Below are positions 11,326 through 23,475 of a stretch of 64,000 nucleotides of DNA, piece after piece (the first letter of the stretch is position 1; each line of letters begins with the position of its first letter). The notes beneath the pieces were generated by a model, which was not told the DNA's origin, did not search any database, and saw only the letters and a list, made by a program, of their open reading frames with translations. The DNA lies in assembly GCA_964019425.1 (NCBI GenBank), contig OZ025786.1:868001-932000 (forward strand). The letters run 5' to 3'. Position numbers and translations under genes: made by a program. Source of the DNA: Flectonema sp. DT1601. Lineage: Eukaryota.

Positions 11326-13617
11326 TTATGTAGCTTCAATCGGATCATTGTACTCGCCTTCCATTTCATCATCAAAGTGATTAACAGCTCTGTATCCTGA
11401 ACCCTCTGCCATTTTGTAACACATTACTGAACAGCATTTAGCAATGTTGGAAGGAAGAGTACTCCAAAAGATGTGATTTGGGAGAACTTCTGGACAAGTT
11501 GCTTCACCTTGTTGGACTTTGAGAACCATACCAATAGCACAGTAGAATGTAAAGACTACAACTAATGTTAATATAACAATAAAGGTAATTGATATACCCG
11601 AGTATACTGTGGGGGCTACATATTTATTACGAGGGAAAGTACTTCCCGTGTTGGAAGCCGAAGATAAAGCATTTCCGATACCAATCGTATAAGCATCAAG
11701 GTACAATACAGCTTTACACAACTCATCAAGCGAACAGCAATATTCGGTAGCAGATTGTAAGTCTGCAAACTCTCCATTACATTCGGAAGTCTCACATTTC
11801 TTAAATTTCAATCCAGCCTCCTCCTCCAACAGATGACATTCACTTGGGGAATATGTCGGCGACGGTGTCTCTGACGTCTCTTGCTCAACATTGCAAAGGG
11901 CGTTTACAGGTTGCTGCTTCAAATCCTTTATGGCTGTTAACACGAAGACATACTTAGAAGGTGGTCGTGTAGGTGAAGGTGTTGAATAGTTTGCTGGAGC
12001 AACACCAAGTGATAAAACATTGCGTAAGGCATCGTTGTAGTCGCCATTCGACGCACTGCTGTCATTGTAGGCAGAATCACTACCCGATACACTGCTGTCG
12101 GTGTGGGCAGCGGACGATGAATCACTACCCGACTCACTGCTATCAGCGCGGGAAGCGGACGAGCCAGACCTGCTGCCGCCAGCGTAGGAAGAGGACGAGC
12201 CCGACACACTGCTACTATCAGCGTGGGAAGCGGACGAGGACGATGAATAGTCCGAGCCCGACACACCGCTGTCAGCGTGGGAAGCGGACGAGCCCGACAT
12301 GCTGCTACCAGCGTAGGAAGAGGACGAACCGGACACACTGCTACTATCAGCGTGGGAAGCGGACGAGCCAGACCTGCTGCTGCCAGCGTAGGAAGAGGAC
12401 GAGCCCGACACACTGCTACTATCAGCGTGGGAAGCTGACGAGGACGATGAATAGTCCGAGCCCGACATGCTGCTACCAGCGTGGACGGAGGACGATGAAT
12501 CGCCTGAGCCCGACACACTGCTGTCAGCGTGGGAAGAGGACGAGCCAGACCTGCTGCTGCCAGCGTAGGAAGAGGACGAGCCCGACACACTGCTACCATC
12601 AGCGTGGGAAGAAGACGATGAATAGCCCGAGCCCGACACACTGCTGTCAGCGTGGGAAGAGGACGAGCCCGACATGCTGCTACCAGCGTAGGAAGAGGAC
12701 GAGCCAGACACACTGCTATCAGCGTGGGAGGACGATGAATCACCCGAGCCCGACACACTGCTGTCAGCGCGGGAAGCGGACGAGCCCGACATGCTGCTGC
12801 CAGCGTGGGCGGAGGACGATGAATCGCCCGAGCCCGACACACTACTGTCGGCGTCGGCAAACGACGATGAACCCTCTGAGTCGCTAGACCAGTCACTGCC
12901 GTGTATTTTTATGTATTCTTCATTCACAACAACAGATAACGTGAGGTGTGTACCGTTCTCGAAGTTTTTATCAGTTCCTGGAGCCCATTCTGAATCCCAA
13001 CGAGAGATGTTAATTTGACTTCCTGTAGAAGGCTGAACCCAATACCCAGTACCGTTAGGAAGTACGAAAAAGACAGCGTCAACAAGATATAGTTTTCCTA
13101 ACTGAAGATGAATACCAGATGGATATAAACAATGAGCAGGGTGAGATGGTAATTCTGAAACAGTTCCAACAGATGGCGCACCCCAACCGTTTCCTGCCAT
13201 ACCAAAATGAGTGCATCGGCTTGTGGCTGAAACAAGAGATGTGATGTCATCAGAACTATGTTTGAATCGACTTGGGCTGTCGGAATCAACTCCGTAAATT
13301 CCAAACTTTCGTTCCTGACAACCAAGACAGTGTCTGTATAGTATGCAACTATCATTCATACATGTATCCTTCGAACACTGTGATGGAATATTTTTACTGA
13401 CTAATTCACAAGCCGACTTGGGATTGCATGTTCTCAAATTACCATAAGCACCAGCATTACACCCTTCTACATCAGGTGGTTGAGTCCTATTCACAATTCC
13501 TTGAGGTATTGGAATATCACTGCAACCGGAAGACTCAAATGCATCGAAGCACAATTCACCACTCGACTGATGAAAAACTGCTAACACTAACAAATACCAA
13601 ATAGTATTAGAAATCAT
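11326..13617 (-). CDS. Type I membrane protein: signal peptide, Cys-rich ectodomain, long Ser-rich repeat, TM helix, M6P-receptor/ATG27-like cytosolic tail
   Basis: N-terminal hydrophobic signal; TM segment ITFIVILTLVVVFTFYCAIG; tail EVLPNHIFWSTLP. Confidence 0.8.
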   Translation of the reverse strand: MISNTIWYLLVLAVFHQSSGELCFDAFESSGCSDIPIPQGIVNRTQPPDVEGCNAGAYGNLRTCNPKSACELVSKNIPSQCSKDTCMNDSCILYRHCLGCQERKFGIYGVDSDSPSRFKHSSDDITSLVSATSRCTHFGMAGNGWGAPSVGTVSELPSHPAHCLYPSGIHLQLGKLYLVDAVFFVLPNGTGYWVQPSTGSQINISRWDSEWAPGTDKNFENGTHLTLSVVVNEEYIKIHGSDWSSDSEGSSSFADADSSVSGSGDSSSSAHAGSSMSGSSASRADSSVSGSGDSSSSHADSSVSGSSSSYAGSSMSGSSSSHADSSVSGSGYSSSSSHADGSSVSGSSSSYAGSSRSGSSSSHADSSVSGSGDSSSSVHAGSSMSGSDYSSSSSASHADSSSVSGSSSSYAGSSRSGSSASHADSSSVSGSSSSYAGSSMSGSSASHADSGVSGSDYSSSSSASHADSSSVSGSSSSYAGGSRSGSSASRADSSESGSDSSSAAHTDSSVSGSDSAYNDSSASNGDYNDALRNVLSLGVAPANYSTPSPTRPPSKYVFVLTAIKDLKQQPVNALCNVEQETSETPSPTYSPSECHLLEEEAGLKFKKCETSECNGEFADLQSATEYCCSLDELCKAVLYLDAYTIGIGNALSSASNTGSTFPRNKYVAPTVYSGISITFIVILTLVVVFTFYCAIGMVLKVQQGEATCPEVLPNHIFWSTLPSNIAKCCSVMCYKMAEGSGYRAVNHFDDEMEGEYNDPIEAT
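12050..12870 (-). repeat. Coding minisatellite encoding (S)SHADSSVSGS / SSYAGSSMSGS repeats
   Basis: GC-rich imperfect tandem units of about 33-45 bp. Confidence 0.9.
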
Positions 13618-13990
13618 GTTGTGTGTTGCTTTACGATTAATTAATATTTAGTAATAGGTGTGCCGAGTTAACACAAAAAGAATAACAACACCAAAAAAAA
13701 AAAATAATAATGAAAACCCCTCCCCTAGACTTCCGTTGATATTGACACTGCCATCAGGCCCAGTGACTTACACTAATTACGACTAAGAAATCTTGTTTTT
13801 TTTGTTTTTCATTTTTCTTTTCCTTGCTAATCTTTTTTTTCCCCAACCAACAGATTAATCAAGGAGGTAAGATCGACGAAGAGACAGCTCTCTTTTTGTG
13901 ACTCCTTAACGACTGAAGGCTCATCAGACTTTAAGATTTGAATAAAACAAAAGAAATGACAAAAAATAACAACACAACTAACAAATAGAT

Positions 13991-14494
13991 TTACTCAGTG
14001 AGCTCACCACAGTCAGTGATGACCACTGGGGCAGCGGTACGTCCATCCTGGGAACCGACACGTTCGATGGCCTTTACGACGTCCATACCTTCAACAACGT
14101 TACCGAAAACAGTGTGCTTACCATCCAACCATGGAGTTGGAACAGTGCAAAGAAAGAATTGGGATCCGTTGGTGTTTGGTCCAGCGTTGGCCATGGACAG
14201 AACACCAGGTCCAGTGTGTCTAAGCTTGAAGTTCTCATCTTCGAATTTGTTTCCGTAGATTGACTTTCCTCCGGTACCGTTGTGGTTGGTGAAGTCTCCT
14301 CCCTGGCACATAAAGCTTGGAATAACTCTGTGGAATGAACTTCCCTTGTATCCGAATCCCTTCTCTCCAGTGCACAGTTGTCTAAAGTTCTCGGCAGTCT
14401 TTGGAACTACATCACTTCTCAATTCCATAACAACACGTCCAGCGCTACGGGAAGCGACAGACATGTCAAAGAAAACCTTTGGAAGACGAGACAT
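13991..14494 (-). CDS. CYPA: Cyclophilin A peptidyl-prolyl isomerase
   Basis: [65 protein letters not shown]. Confidence 0.97.
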   Translation of the reverse strand: MSRLPKVFFDMSVASRSAGRVVMELRSDVVPKTAENFRQLCTGEKGFGYKGSSFHRVIPSFMCQGGDFTNHNGTGGKSIYGNKFEDENFKLRHTGPGVLSMANAGPNTNGSQFFLCTVPTPWLDGKHTVFGNVVEGMDVVKAIERVGSQDGRTAAPVVITDCGELTE

Positions 14495-15700
14495 ATTTTT
14501 TGATTATTACTGACGAGGGAAAGGAATAAATTTTAAAAAAAGAAACAACCCATCTCTTTTATTAATCTTACTGCTTTTTAAATGGTAGTCCTTCCCTCAC
14601 ACAACAGGCAGAACAACAGATCAGAGAAGAAATAAAAAGCAGAACAATAATTTTTAAATATCATTTATTTACTACCACTGTGAGGCATGTTAACCTTTGG
14701 CTACCAGTGAAGAGTAATAATATTTAAGAAAATAAAAAATTAAAAAATACATAAAAAAAAAGAGAGAGAGAAGAGCAATAATCTTGAAGGTGACGTACAA
14801 CAAGTACCAAGAAGGGAAGGGAAAAAAAAAGGGGGAAAAAAGGCTACAACAGAATGGATTTCCCATGGGTAAATAAAAAAAAAAAAGAGAGAGAAAGGGC
14901 TAGGTAACCGAGCTAGTCAAAAACATAATTATAGAACTCTCTTTTCACAAATAGCAAAAAAAAGCAAGCAAGCAATGGCAGAGGGCCAGATAACAAGAAA
15001 CCTAACCTCGTGTAAAACAAAATCAAAGACAACAAACCAACATCTGAAATAGATTACACCATGTGTAAGGAGTCGTGAATAACAAACACGGCTTCCAATT
15101 ACGAATGTGACATCGTCTCTTTACAAAAATAGTGAATCGATTTAAACTAAAAAAGCTAAAGGAGATTTATATCTGCTGTCTCAACATTCTTTTTTTAACT
15201 CTCACAAATACCAGAATGCAGCTCTCGCTACCAAAAGCGCAAGGAGAAAAAAAATTAAATAATAATAGAACCGCGCAAAGAATAAATAAACAATCGATTA
15301 ATCGCTGAAATATCAAACACCTGATGGTTAGATTTCGGATTATACGAACCATCCTCATCTAATCATGCTCATCGAAGAAAGTAAGGGAATACTGACCACG
15401 TTAACATGGTTAATTATTATGTAATATTAATGAACAATTGGGGGATGGGAAAACATTGTCGTATTTACGAGAGGGTGATAAAAAGTTATCTGTTTTGGAT
15501 AGGTCGCAATTTTTTTTTATTTTTTTTTTTTTTTCATTAATAAAGTCAGTCGCATTTATTGTCCCTGTTGTCTTCTTAAGCATCCTCACAATAGCTATTT
15601 TTGATCAGCCCACGTTTCCTTAATAAATAACAACCAGAACAACAGGTGTCTGTAAGGACAAGAAGTCATTTACTTCGTTGGTTCGCAAAATAAAATTTTG

Positions 15701-17305
15701 CTACACCGCTTTTTTAATTATCATTCTAATTTCTCTCTTTTCATTTATAAACAAAAGACCAGCACCATTTCGATGACCTTCATAATCACTACTGCTGAAG
15801 ATAGTAATTACTCTCGCAGACTTTGATAAACGAAGTCCATCAGACTTTTCTTGATGTGCTCTGACGATGTATTCATAGCCTGTCAATGACAAGAAGTCGT
15901 CGACTGCTTTTTTACCAAAACAGATTGTACCACTGCCTCTGTTGTTGTCAGTAAACCCAAAGTCATCCATGTTTGATTCTCGTTCCTTTGGATCAGACCA
16001 ACAAAGATCACATGTGATTTGAACCCATGGTTTAGTACTTTCTGGGTCATCTTTAAATGTTGAGAACGAATCCAGTCGAGGGAAGTCAGGATCTTTCAAA
16101 TCTTGTGAACGTGTATCTAGTCCTCCTGAGAATCGTGGTATCCCTCCATGGGTGCAAAATATTTTCCCATCGATGTCCGCAGAGAGCGGTAGATTCTTAA
16201 ATACTAAACTGTTAGCCGCTTTCCAAATAACAAATCCTTCGCTCAAACCGAACAAATCTGTGCATTGTTTCTGAAATGATGTCGAACCATAATGTTTTGT
16301 ATCTCCGTTAACAAGAGGGTCTTCATGGTTTCCTCTCAGTAACAGCACTCTGTTCGGTGCAGAAATCTTTAACGCGAGTAGTAGTACAACACATTCTAAT
16401 CCGAAATCACCACGATCGACATAGTCACCGAGGAATAATAAGTTGCCAGTCGAATACATGAGATTTTTAAACGCCACGACAGATGTTAGAAAATACGACA
16501 AGTCAGCGTAGTTACCATGAATATCACCAAACACATAACAAGGTGTTTTTATTTTTGCATAAAGAGGCTCAGATTCAAGAATAACACTGGCTTCAGAACA
16601 CAGTTGATGAGCAAGAGAGAGGAATACTTCACTTTTGTGATTGAAAGTATTTGTCTTTGAGTCGTAAACACTACTCAGATAACTCATTGCTTGTTGACTA
16701 GCAGGAGGTATGGTTGAATCTGATAAGTGCGATGTCTCTAATACAGAAAGACTTTTTGTACTAATAATTCTATCTAATGAGCTCGGTGACATGCATTCAT
16801 TAAATTGAATAGTTAGCTTCGATGAGTATTGTTGAGGTTGTTCGTCATCAGAAGAGGTTTCGTTACACTCTGGGCGCCACATTGCATTGCAACCAACTGG
16901 TCCAACTAATGGAGTGTCTTGACCACGAGTATCACTCCGTCCTGATGATTCAGTTATAATTCTTTTTAGCGATGTTTGTTTCCCACCAATAGTGCTACCT
17001 TGAAGTACTAATACTTGTGATGATAGCTTAAATTTATCTTCAATTCCAACATCCTTCTCTCTGGGTGGTGATCCGTCGACAGAATTCAGTTCATCAAAAG
17101 GAATCGGCCAGGAAGTTTCTTTCTTTAATAGAAGTCGTTCATTTTTTCTTTGTTCATTTCGAAGCTCCAATTCCAATTCCCCAACTCTCCTCTTCAAAGC
17201 AGAGACGACAAGTGAGTTGGCGTTTAGATTTACATCGTCGGTATTACTTTGCCGACAACTGACCCTGGGTCTGCCCAACATATAGTGTAGTAGGAAAATC
17301 ACCAA
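15701..17305 (-). CDS. PPP-family Ser/Thr protein phosphatase with N-terminal extension (start uncertain)
   Basis: GDIHG, GDYVDRG, RGNHE, HGG, DLCWSDP and RAHQ motifs. Confidence 0.9.
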   Translation of the reverse strand: MVIFLLHYMLGRPRVSCRQSNTDDVNLNANSLVVSALKRRVGELELELRNEQRKNERLLLKKETSWPIPFDELNSVDGSPPREKDVGIEDKFKLSSQVLVLQGSTIGGKQTSLKRIITESSGRSDTRGQDTPLVGPVGCNAMWRPECNETSSDDEQPQQYSSKLTIQFNECMSPSSLDRIISTKSLSVLETSHLSDSTIPPASQQAMSYLSSVYDSKTNTFNHKSEVFLSLAHQLCSEASVILESEPLYAKIKTPCYVFGDIHGNYADLSYFLTSVVAFKNLMYSTGNLLFLGDYVDRGDFGLECVVLLLALKISAPNRVLLLRGNHEDPLVNGDTKHYGSTSFQKQCTDLFGLSEGFVIWKAANSLVFKNLPLSADIDGKIFCTHGGIPRFSGGLDTRSQDLKDPDFPRLDSFSTFKDDPESTKPWVQITCDLCWSDPKERESNMDDFGFTDNNRGSGTICFGKKAVDDFLSLTGYEYIVRAHQEKSDGLRLSKSARVITIFSSSDYEGHRNGAGLLFINEKREIRMIIKKAV

Positions 17306-17981
17306 TCTGTGTTAACAGAAAATATTGGTATGAAAAAAAATGAAAAAAAAACACTTCACAATGACATTAACCAATTATACTCAACCAAATACGATAATTA
17401 TATTATTAAGATAAAGAAAACGTGTTAAAAAAAATTGGGGGTGAAAAAATTAAAAAAAATATATGCGGGTAGAAGTGGTAAATAAAGCCACTCGCAGAGA
17501 ATAGCTTTTCCTTGTTTTTTTTTAGTGGTGATGACAATTGTTGGGATGGATTAAAAAAAAAGAAAAATTAGAGAAAAACTAACTGATTGTGGAATGGAGG
17601 GAAACTGGACCACCCGCTAGTTTCTTAACAAATCCTTTTTATAGATGACTCAGTGTACAAGGTACGCTCAAACTAAAAAAAGACAAAACAATAAAAAGGG
17701 AAAGAAAAAAAAAAACGAAGAGCCTTTTTAACTTTTCAATACGTTTTTTTTTTCGAAACCAGGGCCATCAAGGTGATAACAAAAATTATTAAATGTTTTT
17801 TTTAAAAAAAAAAAAAAAAAAAAAAAGCAAGCAAGGAAAAAAAAAACAGAAAAAAAACAGCTTCTAAGAATAACAACAATGAAGATCAGAGCCTTAAGGG
17901 ATGCTAACGAACTCTAAACCCCGGAAAGGGAAGAAGAAAGCACACGTGTAGTAAGTAATATCGCAGATGAGAACACGCATC

Positions 17982-19322
17982 TTACTGTTGGGCACAACCT
18001 CCCTTCTTTTCAGAATCATCAGCTCCGTGTTCCTTCTTTTCGATTTGCTCAATTCCAAAATCCTCGAAAACTAAATTTCCAAACCTAAGCGCCTGTTTCC
18101 ACGGTATAATAATAGGAATTCCAATGAGAGGATACATACAACCTGCTTCTTTAGGTGTGATTGGGGCAACAATCCCGGCAATACCTCTGCGAGAAAGTTT
18201 TTCAATCATATTAACTTTAAATGTATTCAGATCACCCGCGTCCTCCATCTCTCCGAAATAGAACACTTCGAGAGGGACTTGATTGTCACCAGTTTTAAGG
18301 TCTTCAGAACAAGCTCTCAAGTCCCAAAACTCTAAGTCTTCTAAGTCAGGCTTTCCTGTTACCGATAGCCTTTTATCAACATCTTCTCTACGCTTGCCAT
18401 GATGCATCTTTTCAAAGGTCTGAGTGATTTCCAATTTACCAAGATCCTTAGCAATTACTATTTTACGAGATTTTTTATGTTTTTTATCCGTATGTTCGGT
18501 GGGTTCATCTACTTCCTTTGGAGGTGGTGTGGATGCTTCTCGCTCATCAGATTCCGTTACTTGCGGTGGTGATGGCTTTAGTTTCTTATCAGATACGAGT
18601 GCTTTTAATTTTTCAATCTCAGATGCTTGTATCAGCATAGCATTGTTTAGATCTTCAAGTCGGGTTGTTGCTTCAGTTAGCAGATCGTTGATTTCATCTT
18701 CAGATGCGTTTTGATCAAGCTGACTTGCCCTAACAATTTTCTGACTATAAGTAGCTTCAAGTTCCTTTGACTGTGTCTTTGTTATTCTGTTTGCAGTTAC
18801 TATAGAGTACCCACGTACGACTGCTCCTACTTCTATTGCTCTAACGAGATCGTCATGGTGATGAATAGATCGTCCGTCAACGAGTGTTATCACAGTTCCG
18901 ATTTCTAAGTCTCCACAAGGAGAGTCATCATCGATTGAAAGAATCTCTAAACCAGATAAAGATGATGTTGTAATTGGTGTAGTGTGTAGTCCTAAATCAC
19001 ATCCAGGTGAGAGAGTTACGCGTGCATCATATTGTGGTAGTTTGTTTGTTTTCGTAATTTGTTTTTTAACAACCTTTGTAGTCTCGACAACATCATCGGA
19101 CTTTAAACCAGCAATGGATGCCTCTGAGACACGAAGCCATTCACCATCATCAAAACTAACCGCCTTGTCGTTATTTGGATAAACTAACTCAATCTGACCA
19201 CCTTCACCAGCATACTTCCCTTGACTTTCCTCCCACAGCTCTCCCTGTGCAATTTTTAGTGCAACCTTCTCAGATATTAGTACTACTTTTTGTTTACCTG
19301 GTGACGGGTCTGCATGAGGCAT
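17982..19322 (-). CDS. Hypothetical protein with PDZ-like domain, coiled coil and C-terminal CaaX-like GGCAQQ
   Basis: LGL...GLEILSIDDDSPCGDLEIGTVITLVDG resembles a PDZ domain; terminal Cys motif. Confidence 0.65.
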   Translation of the reverse strand: MPHADPSPGKQKVVLISEKVALKIAQGELWEESQGKYAGEGGQIELVYPNNDKAVSFDDGEWLRVSEASIAGLKSDDVVETTKVVKKQITKTNKLPQYDARVTLSPGCDLGLHTTPITTSSLSGLEILSIDDDSPCGDLEIGTVITLVDGRSIHHHDDLVRAIEVGAVVRGYSIVTANRITKTQSKELEATYSQKIVRASQLDQNASEDEINDLLTEATTRLEDLNNAMLIQASEIEKLKALVSDKKLKPSPPQVTESDEREASTPPPKEVDEPTEHTDKKHKKSRKIVIAKDLGKLEITQTFEKMHHGKRREDVDKRLSVTGKPDLEDLEFWDLRACSEDLKTGDNQVPLEVFYFGEMEDAGDLNTFKVNMIEKLSRRGIAGIVAPITPKEAGCMYPLIGIPIIIPWKQALRFGNLVFEDFGIEQIEKKEHGADDSEKKGGCAQQ

Positions 19323-19683
19323 TTTTTTTTTTTTTTTTTTTTTTGTTTCTTGAAAAAACAGCCGACTATCCTTTTATTGAAAAAAAAAATTATTGAATGG
19401 CTTTCATGTGATTATAGAAAGAAAGAAAAAAAACTATATCCGCCTAACGAAAAAGCGTGTAAATAAACAGAGTAAGAGAAGAAAAAGAAAAAAAAAATGA
19501 AGACAGGGGAAATTAGAAACAATTAAGTGTTGAGAACTAACTATTCTTATATACAACAAATAATGAATTAAACGAGAAAGGATAAGAAATCCTTCCATGA
19601 CAATTGCACATATTGATAGAAAAAGAATACGTAAGGGTAAATAAAATAAAATAAAATATTTTTTTTTTTAAAAAACCTGTTTT

Positions 19684-19780
19684 GTACGCAACCCTAATAA
19701 AGGAACAGGTTAGTTACGCTGTCACAATATCTTTCTACTGAACAATGGGGTCTTGTAGGTACAAAAAAAAAGAAAACTAA
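19684..19780 (+). repeat. Dispersed repeat family Y (A-tailed), copy 1
   Basis: tgtacgcaacc...gttacgctg.cacaat...tctttctac.gaacaatgggg...tgtaggtacAAAA is shared with 28631-28745. Confidence 0.75.
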
Positions 19781-19787
19781 AACAGAA

Positions 19788-20764
19788 TTAATGACAAAGA
19801 GAACTTGCTGGACGACTACCCTGATATGAACGAAGCCTGTCTAATGTCAGAGATGGTTGAGAACACGCAGATGCAGGACGTTGAGGAGTCACAGCGAGAT
19901 CCATATTCCCAACACCAGATTCGATACTATTATGATCTCCAGATTCAGTAGTAGGCTTAACCACTACTTCTGCTGCGACTGGTTGTGGTATTGAAGACAA
20001 CCATTTCTTCCTACTCGATTCAATGCGTGGTTTCACTCCTTGAAACTTCTTTAATATAAATCTACCACCTGGTCGACTATCTCCCTGTTTGTTTATGATA
20101 TTAATTAACTATGAATGATAATCTTATTAATAAAGTCACATACCGTAACTAAATTAAGAACCCCAAAGTCATTTTCACAGTCAGTAACGAGAGTCTTTGG
20201 AGGATGAATGTATTTTCTGTGATTCCGAGATACCCCTTCAGCTTTTTTTCTCTGTAATTGCTGTTGTTTTTCTGTTTGAGAATGAATCCAGTCACAAGCA
20301 AACTTATGTGTGATTAGGTCCTTTACTTTGTCACTCTTTTCCGTCGGTGCTCCAAACGAAAGACCATTATTATTTATAAGGTTACTTAAGTCTGTGGGAA
20401 GTCGATTAGGTGACGGTGATGCTATCCTTTTGTATTGAACTGACGGTTGTACTTTTCGGAAAGCAGTAATGTCTTTTGGTGTGCTGCATTTAGCTCCAGT
20501 TGCTTTCTTGTTGAGAGACATGAAATTCTTTTCTCTGAGGGAGGTATTTTCCTTATTAGGAGTGTGGACCTTCCACGATAAAATAACATCTCCAGCTCCT
20601 TCAGCATCCCTTCTGCAGTAGGCTCCAAATGTTCGATCTGGAGTAAAATCTAAACCACAGAATCTCCTTGGAGCTTTTCCAACCTCATGCCTCACAATAG
20701 TCGGATGTCTCTTGGGACGTGGTTTCCCAACAAGAGGTGTACTGAGGCGTTCTAGGTCAGCCAT
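19788..20764 (-). CDS. CFAP77-like (DUF4483) flagellar protein; intron 20085-20143
   Basis: GDVILSW...NFMSLNKKA...TPKDITAFRK resembles CFAP77; a GTATGT..CAG intron joins the two ORFs in frame (LVT|GDSRPGG). Confidence 0.7.
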
Positions 20765-20966
20765 GTTATTTCTGTTGGAATGAATAATCAACGGACAGGC
20801 CCCTCTTCAAAAATATCGACATCAATTTGAACAACATAAATGAAACAAAAAAACCTTAAAGAAGTTAGTTAGAAGGACGAGAAATGACAGGTGAACAAAA
20901 AACTTCACTTATAAAAAGAGTTTTTAAGCCCAACTGGATTGGTTTTTTTTATTTTTGTGTAAATCG

Positions 20967-22625
20967 TTATGAGAATACCCTCCTCTGCACAGGTCGATAT
21001 AGTCCTCGTTTTTTAAAGTGTTCTTCAGCTTGTCGTTGTCGCTCTTGCAATCTTATGACTCGTTCTTTATGCGCATCAGACATGTGTGAGTATGACCCAA
21101 GTGGATTAACTTCTTCAAATGCGAAACATTCTGTCTCATCTGAAGCTGTCGGCATATTATCAAATTGTTTTCTGTTTTCAATATCAGCTCTCTCCGCGAT
21201 GACTTGTAGAGGAGGTTCGAAATTTCTCGATTTTTTATGTTTCAACCCACTAGCCCAAGTGCTAGGATGCATATACCATTTCGCATATCTAAATCGTTTT
21301 TTGTGAGGTAGTTCCTTTGGTCTCACTTTCTTATGCAACACAGGTTCTTCATTGAGCAAAGCAGATGCAGTATCACCACTAATGACGGGAACAGTGTAAG
21401 AAAAACCGTTTGATGCGACTAATGTGGTTGCCAGATTCTGAAGTTCTTCAGGACAGCTTGAAGCAAGATTAATACCTGATAGCGGATGTTTTTTCGTATT
21501 TTCTCTTTTCATATCAACAAGAATGTCAAACTGATCGACGTCAGTTATGACAGAAGTCGGATCTCCACATCGATCTCTCCAAAAGTTTTGTAAGTCTTCG
21601 TAAATGACTCTCATTTTTCTTCCGATTTCATCTTTTCTGTGACCTATTGGTTCATCACTTTCCAGTAATTGCCTAAAAAGTCGTTGTTGATCATCCGTGG
21701 TAGTGTCTGTATTTGGTTTTGGCTTTACCGCTATACTGGATTTCGTTTTTTTTAAAAAATGAACGGCTTTTTTCAAGGGTTTTTTATATATACTGGTAGC
21801 AAGTATAGCAATTACAGCAGCAGGAGTAATAAGTCGACATTGGAACGAGATGAACCCTCGAGATCCTCCTCTCTTTTCCATCATTTGAGTTAATGATGTT
21901 TTTTTTGATCTGACAATACCCCATGATGGTGCTGAGGGATGCTCTGCTTCATAAGCAGCTTTACAATTCTGGATTGTACTACTGTCGGATTCGCTTGATT
22001 TAATTAACAGTTGACGAAGTTCTTGTGAAACTGAATCTGGTAATTCATCAGGTTGAAAGAGTTGTTGAGAACGTTCTAATTTAGTATCAGCAAGTGGCGC
22101 AACAACCCAACAGTTTTTATCAAAATCTGATTGTGGATTTCCAAAATTCGGTGGAAGAACATAACTATGCTCCTTATCAGGATCTGGTAACGTCTGTCTA
22201 ACACTAACTTCAGTAGCTAAAGGAGAACACGACGCCATCGCTACTATTTTTGGTAATGGATTTGTAAGTGCGTTGTTCAATTCTATTTTTCCACCAGCAC
22301 ATCGCAAATGATGAGAATAACTCATTACTTTCTGTCGAGGGCATACCTCCCCAGGAATAAACGGCAATCCCCGAGTCTGAACACCTTCAGTAGCAGTAAG
22401 ACAATTTGATTCAGATTGCGGTGTCGATATAGTTTTAAAAAGAACCGGTTCATCTTTAATAAACCTCCAAACAACTGGTGATTGATCACCTCCATCTGTT
22501 GTATTACTACTAACAGTACTTCCTGGACGTCCTTTTCTAACTACTTTCATAGGTCGACGACCTCCTTCTCTGCTACTTCGATAACTGGGTGGTCGTGGAA
22601 CTCCATCCCACGGCATGTTAACCAC
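20967..22625 (-). CDS. Hypothetical protein
   Basis: 552-aa ORF on the gene-bearing strand. Confidence 0.7.
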   Translation of the reverse strand: MVNMPWDGVPRPPSYRSSREGGRRPMKVVRKGRPGSTVSSNTTDGGDQSPVVWRFIKDEPVLFKTISTPQSESNCLTATEGVQTRGLPFIPGEVCPRQKVMSYSHHLRCAGGKIELNNALTNPLPKIVAMASCSPLATEVSVRQTLPDPDKEHSYVLPPNFGNPQSDFDKNCWVVAPLADTKLERSQQLFQPDELPDSVSQELRQLLIKSSESDSSTIQNCKAAYEAEHPSAPSWGIVRSKKTSLTQMMEKRGGSRGFISFQCRLITPAAVIAILATSIYKKPLKKAVHFLKKTKSSIAVKPKPNTDTTTDDQQRLFRQLLESDEPIGHRKDEIGRKMRVIYEDLQNFWRDRCGDPTSVITDVDQFDILVDMKRENTKKHPLSGINLASSCPEELQNLATTLVASNGFSYTVPVISGDTASALLNEEPVLHKKVRPKELPHKKRFRYAKWYMHPSTWASGLKHKKSRNFEPPLQVIAERADIENRKQFDNMPTASDETECFAFEEVNPLGSYSHMSDAHKERVIRLQERQRQAEEHFKKRGLYRPVQRRVFS

Positions 22626-22776
22626 CGAAAACTTTGATATAAATTAAAAGTTTTTTTTTTTTTTTTTTTTCAAGTATAAAAGGCAAATCACACAACGCAT
22701 AAGTTAGTGAAAAGAGGTGTAAATGACCAAACGAATCGTGCTGACATGTAAATATCAACAGACTGAACAGAAAGAC

Positions 22777-23475
22777 TCATATCCGATTTGTGATACCACC
22801 TTGTTTGAGAGGTCGTAGAAGTGGTATGGGAGACCTGGCTGGAGGAGATACGACCTTTCTATTCTCAAGAGACGATACTCTACTATTTAACGACAAGACT
22901 GCAGACAGAAGCAGCTTAACATGTTCTTGTCGAATGTGAAGATCATCAGATGCACATCCAACAGATGAAAATGGACAAGACGATGAGACAGGTTTGAGTA
23001 AAGGTTTATCATCAGGAGGCGCCTTAAAACAGTCAAATCGAAGATGCTTTTCCAAATCATTAACAAACATATCTTCACTACAATATTTACATGTTGTTGT
23101 ACAAGAGTCGTGATGATGACGGAGGTTCTTCGTATGAATTCCACAAACTCCACATTGAACTTTACAAATCTCAACGTGATTGCTGTAAGTTACGATACCT
23201 CCGTTAAAATTACATCCACCTTTTGAATTTCTACAAATAGTGCTTATACCCCTTATCATTGAGTCTATGTATGGCATCTCTTCTAGACCAGCTAAATCTA
23301 AATCTGCTCTGCAACCTCTAACTGGACAGACAGGTTCATCTCCAATACATCCTTTACAAAACTTATGACCACATAACCCAGACATGCACTCATTGAGAAC
23401 ACCGCCTCCAATATCACACATCAGTTCTTCACCGACGGGAGTGCTGAATAGCTCAGGTAGGTAACATGATGTCAT
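22777..23475 (-). CDS. RING-like + TRAF-type zinc finger protein
   Basis: CGHKFCKGCI...CPVRGCR and CRNSKGGC...HVEIC, followed by further CxxC/H fingers. Confidence 0.8.
   Translation of the reverse strand: MTSCYLPELFSTPVGEELMCDIGGGVLNECMSGLCGHKFCKGCIGDEPVCPVRGCRADLDLAGLEEMPYIDSMIRGISTICRNSKGGCNFNGGIVTYSNHVEICKVQCGVCGIHTKNLRHHHDSCTTTCKYCSEDMFVNDLEKHLRFDCFKAPPDDKPLLKPVSSSCPFSSVGCASDDLHIRQEHVKLLLSAVLSLNSRVSSLENRKVVSPPARSPIPLLRPLKQGGITNRI

Noticed and set aside
11937..12896. Alternative-frame ORFs (319 aa minus, 304 aa plus)
   Set aside because: By-products of the GC-rich coding minisatellite
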